From Clostridia bacterium (GTDB taxonomy: Bacteria; Bacillota; Clostridia; Oscillospirales; CAG-272): a stretch of DNA of 64,000 nucleotides. The position numbers were made by a program, and so were the translations under genes. Below the pieces are notes generated by a model. The model worked only from the letters and a program-made list of their open reading frames with translations, made no database searches and had not been told where the DNA came from. Of the stretch, positions 53,828 through 62,187 are shown piece by piece (positions within the stretch are counted from its first letter, which is position 1; each line of letters starts with the position of its first letter). Location: positions 64,569 through 128,568 of the forward strand of contig JAFUOY010000014.1 in the NCBI GenBank assembly GCA_017481595.1. Reading direction: 5' to 3'.

Positions 53828-55615
53828 TTATTCATAGTAACTGGATTGCATATTATATAATTCACTATAATATCCATCTTTAGCCATTAGTTCCTTATGT
53901 GTACCATATTCAAAAAGTTTCTTGTCTTTTATAACCATAATCTTATCACAGAATTTTGTGCTTGCCAAACGATGAGAAATAAAAAATGCCGTGTTATCCC
54001 CTATCAAATCATTAAATTCTTTATATATACGGTACTCTGCCTTTGGATCCAAGGCGCTTGTCGGCTCATCAAGTATAGTAATCAAAGAATTATTTTTATA
54101 ATATGCTCTGGCAATGGCAATTTTCTGTTGTTCTCCTCCGGAAAAATCAACTCCGCTTTCACAAAATCTTTTTGAGATAAATGTGTTGTATTCATCGGGT
54201 AAATTTTCTATGTATTTAGCTATTCCCGCTTTATTGGCTGCATCTATAACCTTATCAGAGTCATCACACTTAAATGAGGATATATTTTCCTTCAAAGTGA
54301 AAGCAAACAACTTAAAATCCTGAAAAACAGGAGTAAAAATAGATAAATATTGATCATAGTCAAAATTTTTTATATTTGTACCGTTAAATAAAATTTCACC
54401 GTTTATTGGATCATAAAGACGCATAAGTAACTTTATAAAAGTGCTTTTTCCCGCACCGTTTTCACCTATTATGGATATTTTTTCATTACTGTTGATCTTT
54501 ATATTGAAATCGTGAAGCACATATTCTTCTTGACCGGGATAACGAAATGATACATTTTTAAATTCTATTGTAAATTTGTCTGTTTTGTTTAATATAAAAT
54601 TTTCTTGTCCTGTCTTTCTGAATTTGCTTTCCAATGACATGAATGAATTATAATACTCCACATATTTTGCAGTATCAGAATATCCAACAAGTGTAGAAGA
54701 TACCTTCTTAAAATATTGACGGAAGGTAACAATATTGCTTACTGCAAGGGACATTTCTCCGAGAGATAATTCACTTTTCAATACATATGCTCCAAGAAGT
54801 ACATAAACTGCAAAATCCATTGAATGTGAGATAAGATAATTAAATAGCTCTTGTATATTGGCAAAAAATCTTTTTTTCTTTTCCAATTTCAAATTGCTTT
54901 TATAATATGATTCCGCCTTTTCTTGTATACCATCACTCATATCAAATATTCTGATATCCTTAGCAGCGTTTTCGCTTACTGATATGTCGTTATAATAATT
55001 GATATACCTGTCATTTTGGATGATTTTTTTATTTATCTTAAATTGAGGTTTTGAAAACGCCATTGCAAAAAGAGCATCCAAACACATAACAACTGCAATG
55101 ATGCCTATAATATACGCATTGATATTCAACAAAATTACACAAGATATTGAAAATGAAATCAAGCTTGAAAAAAGGGAAATAAAATTCCAAACTGTATTAT
55201 TTAATTTCCATTTTATAAAATCCCCGGCATATGCCTGTAGCTCCTGTGTTTTCTTTTCAGCAAGAAGCTCATAATCAATTTCCATACTTTTTCTATGAAA
55301 ATCATTATTCAATATTCCAACGACATATGATGTTCTGCCCGGACGTATGCTATTAAAAAGTGACTTCAACATTGAAACAAAAAATTGCAACAAAATAAGC
55401 GATGTGCATACAACTGCAAACTCTGTATATGATATCTTCTTTTCCAATGCATCAAGCGAGTATTTTGCCAAAAACATAGTTGGATACGGCAATAACGCAA
55501 AACAAATAGTTTCACAAATCATATAAACAAGGTACTTTTTATCAGTTCTAAACACTAATCCAAATAGCTTTGGTAATTGAGCAAACGCCTTAAAAAGTTC
55601 TTTTATTTTTTTCAT
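53828..55615 (-). CDS. ABC exporter, fused permease-ATPase (canonical NBD)
   Basis: 595 aa. Walker A GENGAGKST, signature FSGGEQQK, Walker B ITILDEPTSALD, H-loop FFISHRLAS. No N-terminal peptidase domain. Very AT-rich coding sequence. Confidence 0.85.
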   Translation of the reverse strand: MKKIKELFKAFAQLPKLFGLVFRTDKKYLVYMICETICFALLPYPTMFLAKYSLDALEKKISYTEFAVVCTSLILLQFFVSMLKSLFNSIRPGRTSYVVGILNNDFHRKSMEIDYELLAEKKTQELQAYAGDFIKWKLNNTVWNFISLFSSLISFSISCVILLNINAYIIGIIAVVMCLDALFAMAFSKPQFKINKKIIQNDRYINYYNDISVSENAAKDIRIFDMSDGIQEKAESYYKSNLKLEKKKRFFANIQELFNYLISHSMDFAVYVLLGAYVLKSELSLGEMSLAVSNIVTFRQYFKKVSSTLVGYSDTAKYVEYYNSFMSLESKFRKTGQENFILNKTDKFTIEFKNVSFRYPGQEEYVLHDFNIKINSNEKISIIGENGAGKSTFIKLLMRLYDPINGEILFNGTNIKNFDYDQYLSIFTPVFQDFKLFAFTLKENISSFKCDDSDKVIDAANKAGIAKYIENLPDEYNTFISKRFCESGVDFSGGEQQKIAIARAYYKNNSLITILDEPTSALDPKAEYRIYKEFNDLIGDNTAFFISHRLASTKFCDKIMVIKDKKLFEYGTHKELMAKDGYYSELYNMQSSYYE

Positions 55616-57387
55616 TGCTGCTCCTCCTTATGATAAAGGCTTGCCTGAATAGAATATAATTCCTCATATATTCCCTTTTTTGCAATAAGATCATCATGTG
55701 TTCCGTACTCTACAATTGCGCCTTTGTCAAATACTGCTATTTTGTCTGAAAATTTAATACTTGATAATCTGTGAGATATATATACTGCGGTGCGATTCTT
55801 TGACATTTGCTTAAAGCTATTATATATTTCGTACTCTACCTTAGGATCCAAAGCGGATGTTGGTTCATCCAATATTAAAATTGGAGCATCCTTGTATATT
55901 GCTCTTGCAATGGCAAGCCTTTGCATCTCGCCCCCTGAGAATTCACATCCATTTTCATCAAATATTCGGTATAATTGTGTATCTACACCATTTGATAGCC
56001 TCACCTTTTCTAAAAGGTTTACTTGCTCAAGAGATTTATCCATATTACTGCTATCAAAATCTTTCAATGCATCAATGTTATCTGCTATGGATAAAGCAAA
56101 AAGCTTATAATCCTGAAAAACGGCAGATATATTTTTTACATAATCTTTTGAATCTATTGTCGATATATCTATACCGTTAACTAAAATTTTGCCTTCTGTA
56201 GGCTTGTACAAGCCGCATAGCAGTTTTATAAATGTACTCTTTCCTGCTCCATTCTCTCCAACAATTAAAAGGGTTTCTCCCGCATCTATACTTAAATTTA
56301 CGTCCTTTAGTGCATAGGTTTCAGCTTGAGGATATTTATAGCTTACACCTTTGAACTCTATTTTTGCCGAGGATATATCTACTTTATCATGTTTTGATGT
56401 TCTGATATCAGATTTCATAAAATCAAAAAAACCTTGAACATACTCTGTATTAACCATAAATTCAGTAACTACAAACATAATATTTTCAAGAGAGCCTTTT
56501 AATTTTTCAACGGCACTTGAATATAAAGAAAATTGACCTAACGTAATAATTGAAGTCAAAACTTTATATCCGAAATATAAATATATTGCTATTTGCAATA
56601 TTGCTTCCGCAGAATACACAAGCAAATTGGAAGGTCTTCTCTTTTTTCTGCGATTTTCTTTTATTCTTAATAAAAGCTCATCTACCTCATCCATCCTTTT
56701 TTTGAATTTATCCTTAAGACTGAAAGCTCTTATTTCCTTAGCATAAGAAAAATCCCTGCTTATACTTTGTAGATAAGTAGATTTCTTCCTATACTCTATT
56801 TCTTCCTTTGTTTCAACATAGTTTTGAATAGCATTCAGATAGCTATTGTAAGATATAAGAATAATAGATATAGCCAAAGGAATTAAAATAAATAGGGATG
56901 CGAATGATATAATATACAAAGTTCCCGCAATTACAATAATATTGCTTATCAATGTTTTAACGCTTTGTATATACATTTCTAAGCTATCATTATTTAATGC
57001 ACTTAAAGCAAAATCCTTCTCTTCTATAAAAGACTTACATTGTATTTTTTCATAATCTGTATGTAAGCAAATATAATTTATATCTTGTCTTATTTTCGTA
57101 TAAAACTTTTTCTTGGAATATTCCAACATACTATTTGTTAACATCGAAAGAATAGATGTTAACAACATCAAAATAACTATAAATCCTATAATTTTCAAAT
57201 ATTTATTAAAATCAACTTTTTTAGTTAAAAGATCTATAGAATAGCTAACTAAATACATTCCGGGAAATGCTTGTATAGAGCTTACGATAATACTAAAAAT
57301 CGTAAGCAGAAAATATACTTTACTTTTTTTCCATATAAACAAAATACATTTATATGAATACTCAAAAGATTTAATTATTTTTTTCAT
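55612..57387 (-). CDS. ABC exporter, fused permease-ATPase (canonical NBD)
   Basis: 591 aa. GENGAGKST, FSGGEMQR, ILILDEPTSALD, VYISHRLSS. ATGA overlap with the downstream partner. Very AT-rich. Confidence 0.85.
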   Translation of the reverse strand: MKKIIKSFEYSYKCILFIWKKSKVYFLLTIFSIIVSSIQAFPGMYLVSYSIDLLTKKVDFNKYLKIIGFIVILMLLTSILSMLTNSMLEYSKKKFYTKIRQDINYICLHTDYEKIQCKSFIEEKDFALSALNNDSLEMYIQSVKTLISNIIVIAGTLYIISFASLFILIPLAISIILISYNSYLNAIQNYVETKEEIEYRKKSTYLQSISRDFSYAKEIRAFSLKDKFKKRMDEVDELLLRIKENRRKKRRPSNLLVYSAEAILQIAIYLYFGYKVLTSIITLGQFSLYSSAVEKLKGSLENIMFVVTEFMVNTEYVQGFFDFMKSDIRTSKHDKVDISSAKIEFKGVSYKYPQAETYALKDVNLSIDAGETLLIVGENGAGKSTFIKLLCGLYKPTEGKILVNGIDISTIDSKDYVKNISAVFQDYKLFALSIADNIDALKDFDSSNMDKSLEQVNLLEKVRLSNGVDTQLYRIFDENGCEFSGGEMQRLAIARAIYKDAPILILDEPTSALDPKVEYEIYNSFKQMSKNRTAVYISHRLSSIKFSDKIAVFDKGAIVEYGTHDDLIAKKGIYEELYSIQASLYHKEEQQ

Positions 57388-57437
57388 TGATTACCTCTTT
57401 TATATATTTATAACACAAGCTTACAATATAGCAATAT

Positions 57438-57482
57438 GGATAATGCACCAAAAAATCAGACACTTTTAAAGGCGCATTATCC
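57438..57482 (-). other. 12-bp-stem hairpin or inverted repeat between the mini-protein gene and the ABC genes
   Basis: Minus strand GGAUAAUGCGCC, 21-nt loop, GGUGCAUUAUCC (one G.U pair). No clear U-tract. It abuts a possible TTGCTA-16-TGtTATAAA promoter. Confidence 0.4.
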
Positions 57483-57541
57483 AAATCATGCAATAATTCT
57501 ATTAAAATTAGTTGTTTTCTTTTCAATTTTTTATTATTAAA

Positions 57542-57793
57542 TCATATTTTCCCGTCACGATTTACTATAGGACCTGTTACGCTTCCCATAATTGAAAGCT
57601 CTACCCCATCCTCTGCTACTACTGTTCCTGTAGTGCAGCCTTTAAAATCAACATTTGCGCCATCTCCTATCGAAACGGTTTCAAAAGTGGAGTCTGAAAT
57701 AGTAATATTCACACCGTCACCAAAAGAAATATTTTTAATAATACTTTCAAGTTCCTCTATTCTTTTTTCAAGCTCTTTTATTTTATCTTCCAT
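57542..57793 (-). CDS. 83-aa protein: N-terminal coiled-coil-like heptads plus short beta-helix-like (bactofilin-like) repeats
   Basis: MEDKIKELEKRIEELESIIKN, then ISFGDGVNITISDSTFETVSIGDGANVDFKGCTTGTVVAEDGVELSIMGSVTGPIV. AAGGAG SD overlaps the stop codon of the upstream sigma gene. Confidence 0.6.
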   Translation of the reverse strand: MEDKIKELEKRIEELESIIKNISFGDGVNITISDSTFETVSIGDGANVDFKGCTTGTVVAEDGVELSIMGSVTGPIVNRDGKI

Positions 57794-57805
57794 TTGTTAT
57801 CTCCT

Positions 57806-59428
57806 TTAGTCAACATCACTTGGTAATTTATCCGCAAACATAATAAGATTTGCGCTTACTCTTTCGTTTTCGGTCAAGGGAGCCAAAGTGCCGTTTGCGT
57901 AAAGGATATCAAGCACCATAAGGGCTACCTTACAACCTATAAAGCCTCCTACCTCACAGCCGACTATAAGGTCCTGCATCTGAGGGGGATAGTCCTTTGC
58001 TTCTATCATCGCAAATTCAAGCGCCTTGCCTGCGTACTTTGCCTTAAGCTCATCATTAAGGTAAGGGATCTTATCAAAGAAATCCTTATGCTCTCCCTTT
58101 ACCATCATTACGTTTACCTTACCGTCCGCCGTTAAGAATTTTCTTTCTCTCAGGCGGTTAAATCTGTCAGCTGTAGCGGGGTTTTCCTTAATGAGTCCTG
58201 TCATTACCTCATAAAGATACTCGTAGTCGGAGGTTAAATTGTTCTGCCAAGCACCCTTTCGCGAGGAATATCTTGTATCTATGGACCAGGAATAAACGGG
58301 GTATTTATCGGACAATCTTGTCATGCTACCGCACGCCCAATAATCAGGTAGATCAAGGGTGGGAACGTAATTGGGGTCCTCGCACTCCATTTTCAGATCG
58401 ATCGAGGCAATAAAATCGCCCCCTGCAGTAGTTTTGATATTATACTTGGAGTAGTCATTTTTTATACTTATATTACACTTCTCTGCTATACCGTCAAAAA
58501 TTGCCGCGGCATAAAGAAGCTGAGGGTTACCGTCGGGAAGATATACGTCCTTTACGTCCTTTATTGCGTCAATAACGAGGGGAGCGTATTCCTTAGCCAA
58601 AAGCTCTGCAATTTCAAGCTGAATTTTAGATCTCTTTTCGTTAAGCTCTACGGAATATTTTTCCTTGGAGAATCTAACGTAAGTGGTATACTTACCCTTT
58701 TCCTTAACCAAAAATCCGTTTTCCTCAAGAAGCTTTATATTATCCTCAATAAATACAAGCGTAACGCCAAGCTCCTGTGCGATCTCCTCCTTTGTTTTTG
58801 GAGTGTGGTACACGCTATATACGATATTAAGGTTAAGCTTATCTCCTATATAGGATTCGGGGCCCTGGTTGCTACCGGGGTCACCACTATGTCCGTAGCA
58901 TACTGCAGTTATAGGGTTAAGTCCCAAATTACCAATCTTTCTTTCCATTTTTAGTCCTTCCTTTAAATCAATTTTCGCCTTGTTAAGATGCCATTTCACC
59001 GTTCCCTCGGGGATGTTCATTTCCTTGGAAATATATGAAATGGTTTTGTTTTCATAGTAGAAAAGGAAAATTATACGCCTTCTGACCTCCGAAAGAAACG
59101 CTATCTCTCTTCTTAGCAAATCACGTTCCTCATCGTCCTTATCAAAGAAATATTCATCATAATGAGGCAGTATCATATTATCAATGGATACGCCTGATTG
59201 CTTTTTCTTTCTCGACACGTATTTTGCATATGTATGCTCACTTATTCTCCAGATATACCCCTCGATATTTTCAATCTCACCGGATTTTAACAATGAAGTA
59301 TATACCTCGGTTATAATATCGGAGCAAAGATCCTCTGCCTCGGTGTAGGTAAAGGATTTTTTAAATGCAAAACCGTATATTTTATTTAAGTATTCGGTTA
59401 TGATGTTGTCGGCTTTTTGTTTTTCCAT
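57806..59428 (-). CDS. ECF-like sigma-70 family protein fused to a winged-helix-like segment and a roughly 300-aa unassigned C-terminal domain
   Basis: Sigma-2-like AEDLCSDIITEVY...YIWRISEHTYAKYV. Sigma-4 HTH NKTISYISKEMNIPEGTVKWHLNKAKIDLKEGL. Then KTKEEIAQELGVTLVFIEDNIKLLEENGFLVKEKG. No obvious TM segment. Confidence 0.7.
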   Translation of the reverse strand: MEKQKADNIITEYLNKIYGFAFKKSFTYTEAEDLCSDIITEVYTSLLKSGEIENIEGYIWRISEHTYAKYVSRKKKQSGVSIDNMILPHYDEYFFDKDDEERDLLRREIAFLSEVRRRIIFLFYYENKTISYISKEMNIPEGTVKWHLNKAKIDLKEGLKMERKIGNLGLNPITAVCYGHSGDPGSNQGPESYIGDKLNLNIVYSVYHTPKTKEEIAQELGVTLVFIEDNIKLLEENGFLVKEKGKYTTYVRFSKEKYSVELNEKRSKIQLEIAELLAKEYAPLVIDAIKDVKDVYLPDGNPQLLYAAAIFDGIAEKCNISIKNDYSKYNIKTTAGGDFIASIDLKMECEDPNYVPTLDLPDYWACGSMTRLSDKYPVYSWSIDTRYSSRKGAWQNNLTSDYEYLYEVMTGLIKENPATADRFNRLRERKFLTADGKVNVMMVKGEHKDFFDKIPYLNDELKAKYAGKALEFAMIEAKDYPPQMQDLIVGCEVGGFIGCKVALMVLDILYANGTLAPLTENERVSANLIMFADKLPSDVD

Positions 59429-59489
59429 TTTCTCTCTCCAGCGCTGTTTGACTATATAGTGGACCTGTTTTTTTAAAGGTTGGCGTTTT

Positions 59490-59518
59490 TTGTAATTTTA
59501 TTATAAAACTTTTGTGAT
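59490..59518 (-). promoter_or_regulatory. Sigma-A-type promoter for the sigma-fusion gene
   Basis: TTGCAA, 17-nt spacer, TATAAT on the minus strand. Confidence 0.5.
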
Positions 59519-59521
59519 TTT

Positions 59522-59555
59522 TTTGCAATACATAAAAAATGGCTGCTTGTAAATG
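59522..59555 (-). terminator. Intrinsic terminator after the uxu genes
   Basis: ATGGCTGCTTG...CAAACAGCCAT (one mismatch), followed on the minus strand by UUUUUUAUG. Confidence 0.7.
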
Positions 59556-59577
59556 CAAACAGCCATTTAATTTTTAA

Positions 59578-60423
59578 TTATACTCCACTATATGCAGCAA
59601 ATCCGCAATCGATAGGAAGAACTACGCCTGTGATAGCAGAGGCGCTGCGATCATCACAGAGGAAAAGTGTTGCGCCGAGAAGCTCGGATGCGTCAACGTA
59701 GCGATCCATAGGTGTGCCCTTAAGAATCTTTGCGCTTCTTGCTGTAGGAGTTCCGTCCTCATTAAAAAGGAGCTTATAGTTCTGCGCGGAAACAAGGAAT
59801 CCGGGGGCGATGGCGTTACATCTAATGCCCGTTCCTGCAAAGTGGGTAGCAAGCCACTGTGTAAAGTTGGAGATACCTGCCTTAGCCGCGGAATACGCGG
59901 GGATCTTTGTCAAGGGTGTGTAGGCATTCATTGAAGAAATATTAAGAATGCAGCCGCCCTTCTTGTCCGCCATATCCTTAGCAAATACCTGAGTAGGCAA
60001 AAGCGTACCCTGGAAATTAAGCTTGAACACAAAATCCACACCGTCAGCCTCAAGGTCAAAGAAGGATTTCTTACCCTCAACCGCCTCGTGATGATATTCG
60101 TTATCGGTTGTTGCTCTCGGATTGTTTCCTCCTGCTCCGTTTACAAGGATATCGCAGGTACCGAGGTCGCGTACTACCGCCTCGTGTACTGATTTTAAAC
60201 ATTCGGTATCAAGAACATTAACCTTGTAGCCCTCACAAATAAAGCCCTCAGCCTTAAGCTCATCTGCAAGCTTCTTTACAGCCTCCTCGTTAAGATCAAG
60301 TGCGGCAACCTTTGCTCCGCTCTGTGCAAATGCTCTTGCCATTGCGCCGCAGATAAGTCCGCCTGCGCCCGTTACTACAACGACCTTACCGCTGTAATCA
60401 ATATTCAAAGGTAAATTTATCAT
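59578..60423 (-). CDS. SDR-family oxidoreductase, probable D-mannonate oxidoreductase (YjmF/UxuB-type)
   Basis: VVVVTGAGGLICGAMA glycine motif and the SSMNAY...YSAAKAG catalytic YxxxK. 4-nt overlap with uxuA upstream. Confidence 0.7.
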   Translation of the reverse strand: MINLPLNIDYSGKVVVVTGAGGLICGAMARAFAQSGAKVAALDLNEEAVKKLADELKAEGFICEGYKVNVLDTECLKSVHEAVVRDLGTCDILVNGAGGNNPRATTDNEYHHEAVEGKKSFFDLEADGVDFVFKLNFQGTLLPTQVFAKDMADKKGGCILNISSMNAYTPLTKIPAYSAAKAGISNFTQWLATHFAGTGIRCNAIAPGFLVSAQNYKLLFNEDGTPTARSAKILKGTPMDRYVDASELLGATLFLCDDRSASAITGVVLPIDCGFAAYSGV

Positions 60424-61502
60424 TTCTTACTCTCCTTTTCAAGGGTATCCCATACTCCAAGCATATACATAATTCCAAGGGCTCTGTCGTAAAGACCATA
60501 GCCCGGGCGAACTGTTCCCGGTCCCTCTCCCCACAGGTGTCTGCCGTGGTCGGGACGGATATAACCCTTAAAGCCGCCATCGTGATATGCTTTTAAGATT
60601 TCGATAATTCCCGTGTCGCCATCGCAATCTCTATGGCTTGCCTCGGAGAAATCACCGTTTTCAAAATGCTTTACGTTTCTTATATGAGCAAAAGCAATTC
60701 TGTCGCAATATTTACGAACTATGCTTGCCACATCGTTTTCGGGGTTTGCGTTAAGACTGCCCGAGCATAAGGTCAAGCAGTTATACTCGTCATCCACCAT
60801 AGAGAGGAATCTGCCTATGCTCTCCTCGTCAACAAGAAGTCTTGGCAAGCCAAAGATATCCCACGGCGGGTCATCCATATGTATTGCCATCTTTATATCG
60901 CACTCGCGACAGGTGGGCATAAGCGCCTCAAGGAAATACTTAAGATTTTCCCAAAGCTTTTCCTTGGTAACGCCCTCATAAGCCTTAAAAAGCTCATCAA
61001 GCTTTGCCATTCTTTCAGGCTCCCAACCGGGAAAGGACATATTGTACTTTTCCGTAAAGTCAAGAATGTACTTCGCCATAGCGTTATAGTCATCCTGGAT
61101 CATATTCTTCTGATAGAAAAGCGCGGTTGAGCCATCCCCTACGGGGTGGAAAAGATCACTTCTCGTCCAGTCAAAAATGGGCATAAAGTTATAGCAAATT
61201 ACCTTAACACCGAATTTTGAAAGGTTGCGGATGGTGGTCTTATAATTTTCAATGTACTGATCCCTTGTGGGAAGTCCTATTTTAATATCGTCGTGAACGT
61301 TTACGGACTCTACAACATCAATATTGAAGCCGTACTCGTCACATTGATGCTTAACCTCGGCAATTTCGCTTTCCTCCCAGATCTCACCCGGCATCTTGTG
61401 ATGCAAAGCCCACACAATACCGCTGACACCCGGAATCTGCTTTATGTCCGATAATTTGATACGGTCATTACCCTCTCCGTACCAACGAAACGTCATTTGC
61501 AT
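60420..61502 (-). CDS. uxuA: Mannonate dehydratase
   Basis: MQMTFRWYGEGNDRIKLSDIKQIPGVSGIVWALH is the UxuA N-terminus. ATG 61502 is preferred (AAGGAG upstream). Confidence 0.9.
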   Translation of the reverse strand: MQMTFRWYGEGNDRIKLSDIKQIPGVSGIVWALHHKMPGEIWEESEIAEVKHQCDEYGFNIDVVESVNVHDDIKIGLPTRDQYIENYKTTIRNLSKFGVKVICYNFMPIFDWTRSDLFHPVGDGSTALFYQKNMIQDDYNAMAKYILDFTEKYNMSFPGWEPERMAKLDELFKAYEGVTKEKLWENLKYFLEALMPTCRECDIKMAIHMDDPPWDIFGLPRLLVDEESIGRFLSMVDDEYNCLTLCSGSLNANPENDVASIVRKYCDRIAFAHIRNVKHFENGDFSEASHRDCDGDTGIIEILKAYHDGGFKGYIRPDHGRHLWGEGPGTVRPGYGLYDRALGIMYMLGVWDTLEKESKK

Positions 61503-61555
61503 AATAATCTCCTTTTGAAGTATCTTGTCAATACTTCTCTGTTTTTTCTGTATAA

Positions 61556-61584
61556 ATTTTAGCACAGCTTGATTATTATTTCAA
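61556..61584 (-). promoter_or_regulatory. Sigma-A-type promoter for uxuA-SDR
   Basis: TTGAAA, 17-nt spacer, TGcTAAAAT on the minus strand. Confidence 0.5.
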
Positions 61585-61620
61585 TACAGGTTTTGATTTT
61601 TGTTTGTCTTTTTTGAAAAT

Positions 61621-62187
61621 CTAAGCATCCGTAGGCAAGCAACGTCTTAAGTCAAACAAAGCCTTCATCAAAAGAACTCCTGCAATGAGGTAAGCTATGA
61701 TCATTATTACGGACGTTACTGCGGCAAGGTCCCCAAGCCATTTTGAAAGATATCCTATAATTATTACAGACGTAAGCAATACGGTTTGCATAGTGCGGTA
61801 ACTTAGTAGCTTTTCGTCAAGATAATACTCCTCGGGTTGGTACTTTGCAGCAATGGAAGCAAGATTTGTAAGAAGCTGAAAATGGAAATATATATTGACA
61901 ACTCCAATAACAATATCAGCCGCCTGAAGCATACCCTCAATATCAATCGATACCAGGCTTGCAAGCCAGGAAACAATATGCCATACGGTTAAAATACCGA
62001 CTAAAACTCTTAGTAAGTCAAGCTCCCTCTCCTCCTCACACAGAAAGTCAATGGCTGAAAGAAAAAGAATATATCCAATAAAGGAGGGAATTATGCTTAC
62101 TGTGTTGATATTGAAATCAAAATAGATAAAGAAATATCCCCAGGCTGCTCTTCCTATTCCTTTATAAAGCCTTTGATATACATTCAT
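61621..62187 (-). CDS. Polytopic membrane protein of unknown function
   Basis: 188 aa with about 5-6 hydrophobic segments. ATGA-type 4-nt overlap with the upstream M56 gene. Confidence 0.5.
   Translation of the reverse strand: MNVYQRLYKGIGRAAWGYFFIYFDFNINTVSIIPSFIGYILFLSAIDFLCEEERELDLLRVLVGILTVWHIVSWLASLVSIDIEGMLQAADIVIGVVNIYFHFQLLTNLASIAAKYQPEEYYLDEKLLSYRTMQTVLLTSVIIIGYLSKWLGDLAAVTSVIMIIAYLIAGVLLMKALFDLRRCLPTDA

Noticed and set aside
53828-57541. Bacteriocin or RiPP export locus interpretation for the low-GC ABC pair.
   Set aside because: I found no C39 peptidase domain, no double-glycine or lanthipeptide-like precursor ORF, and no modification enzymes nearby. The 83-aa neighbour lacks a leader-core organisation. 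I keep it only as a generic exporter of unknown substrate.
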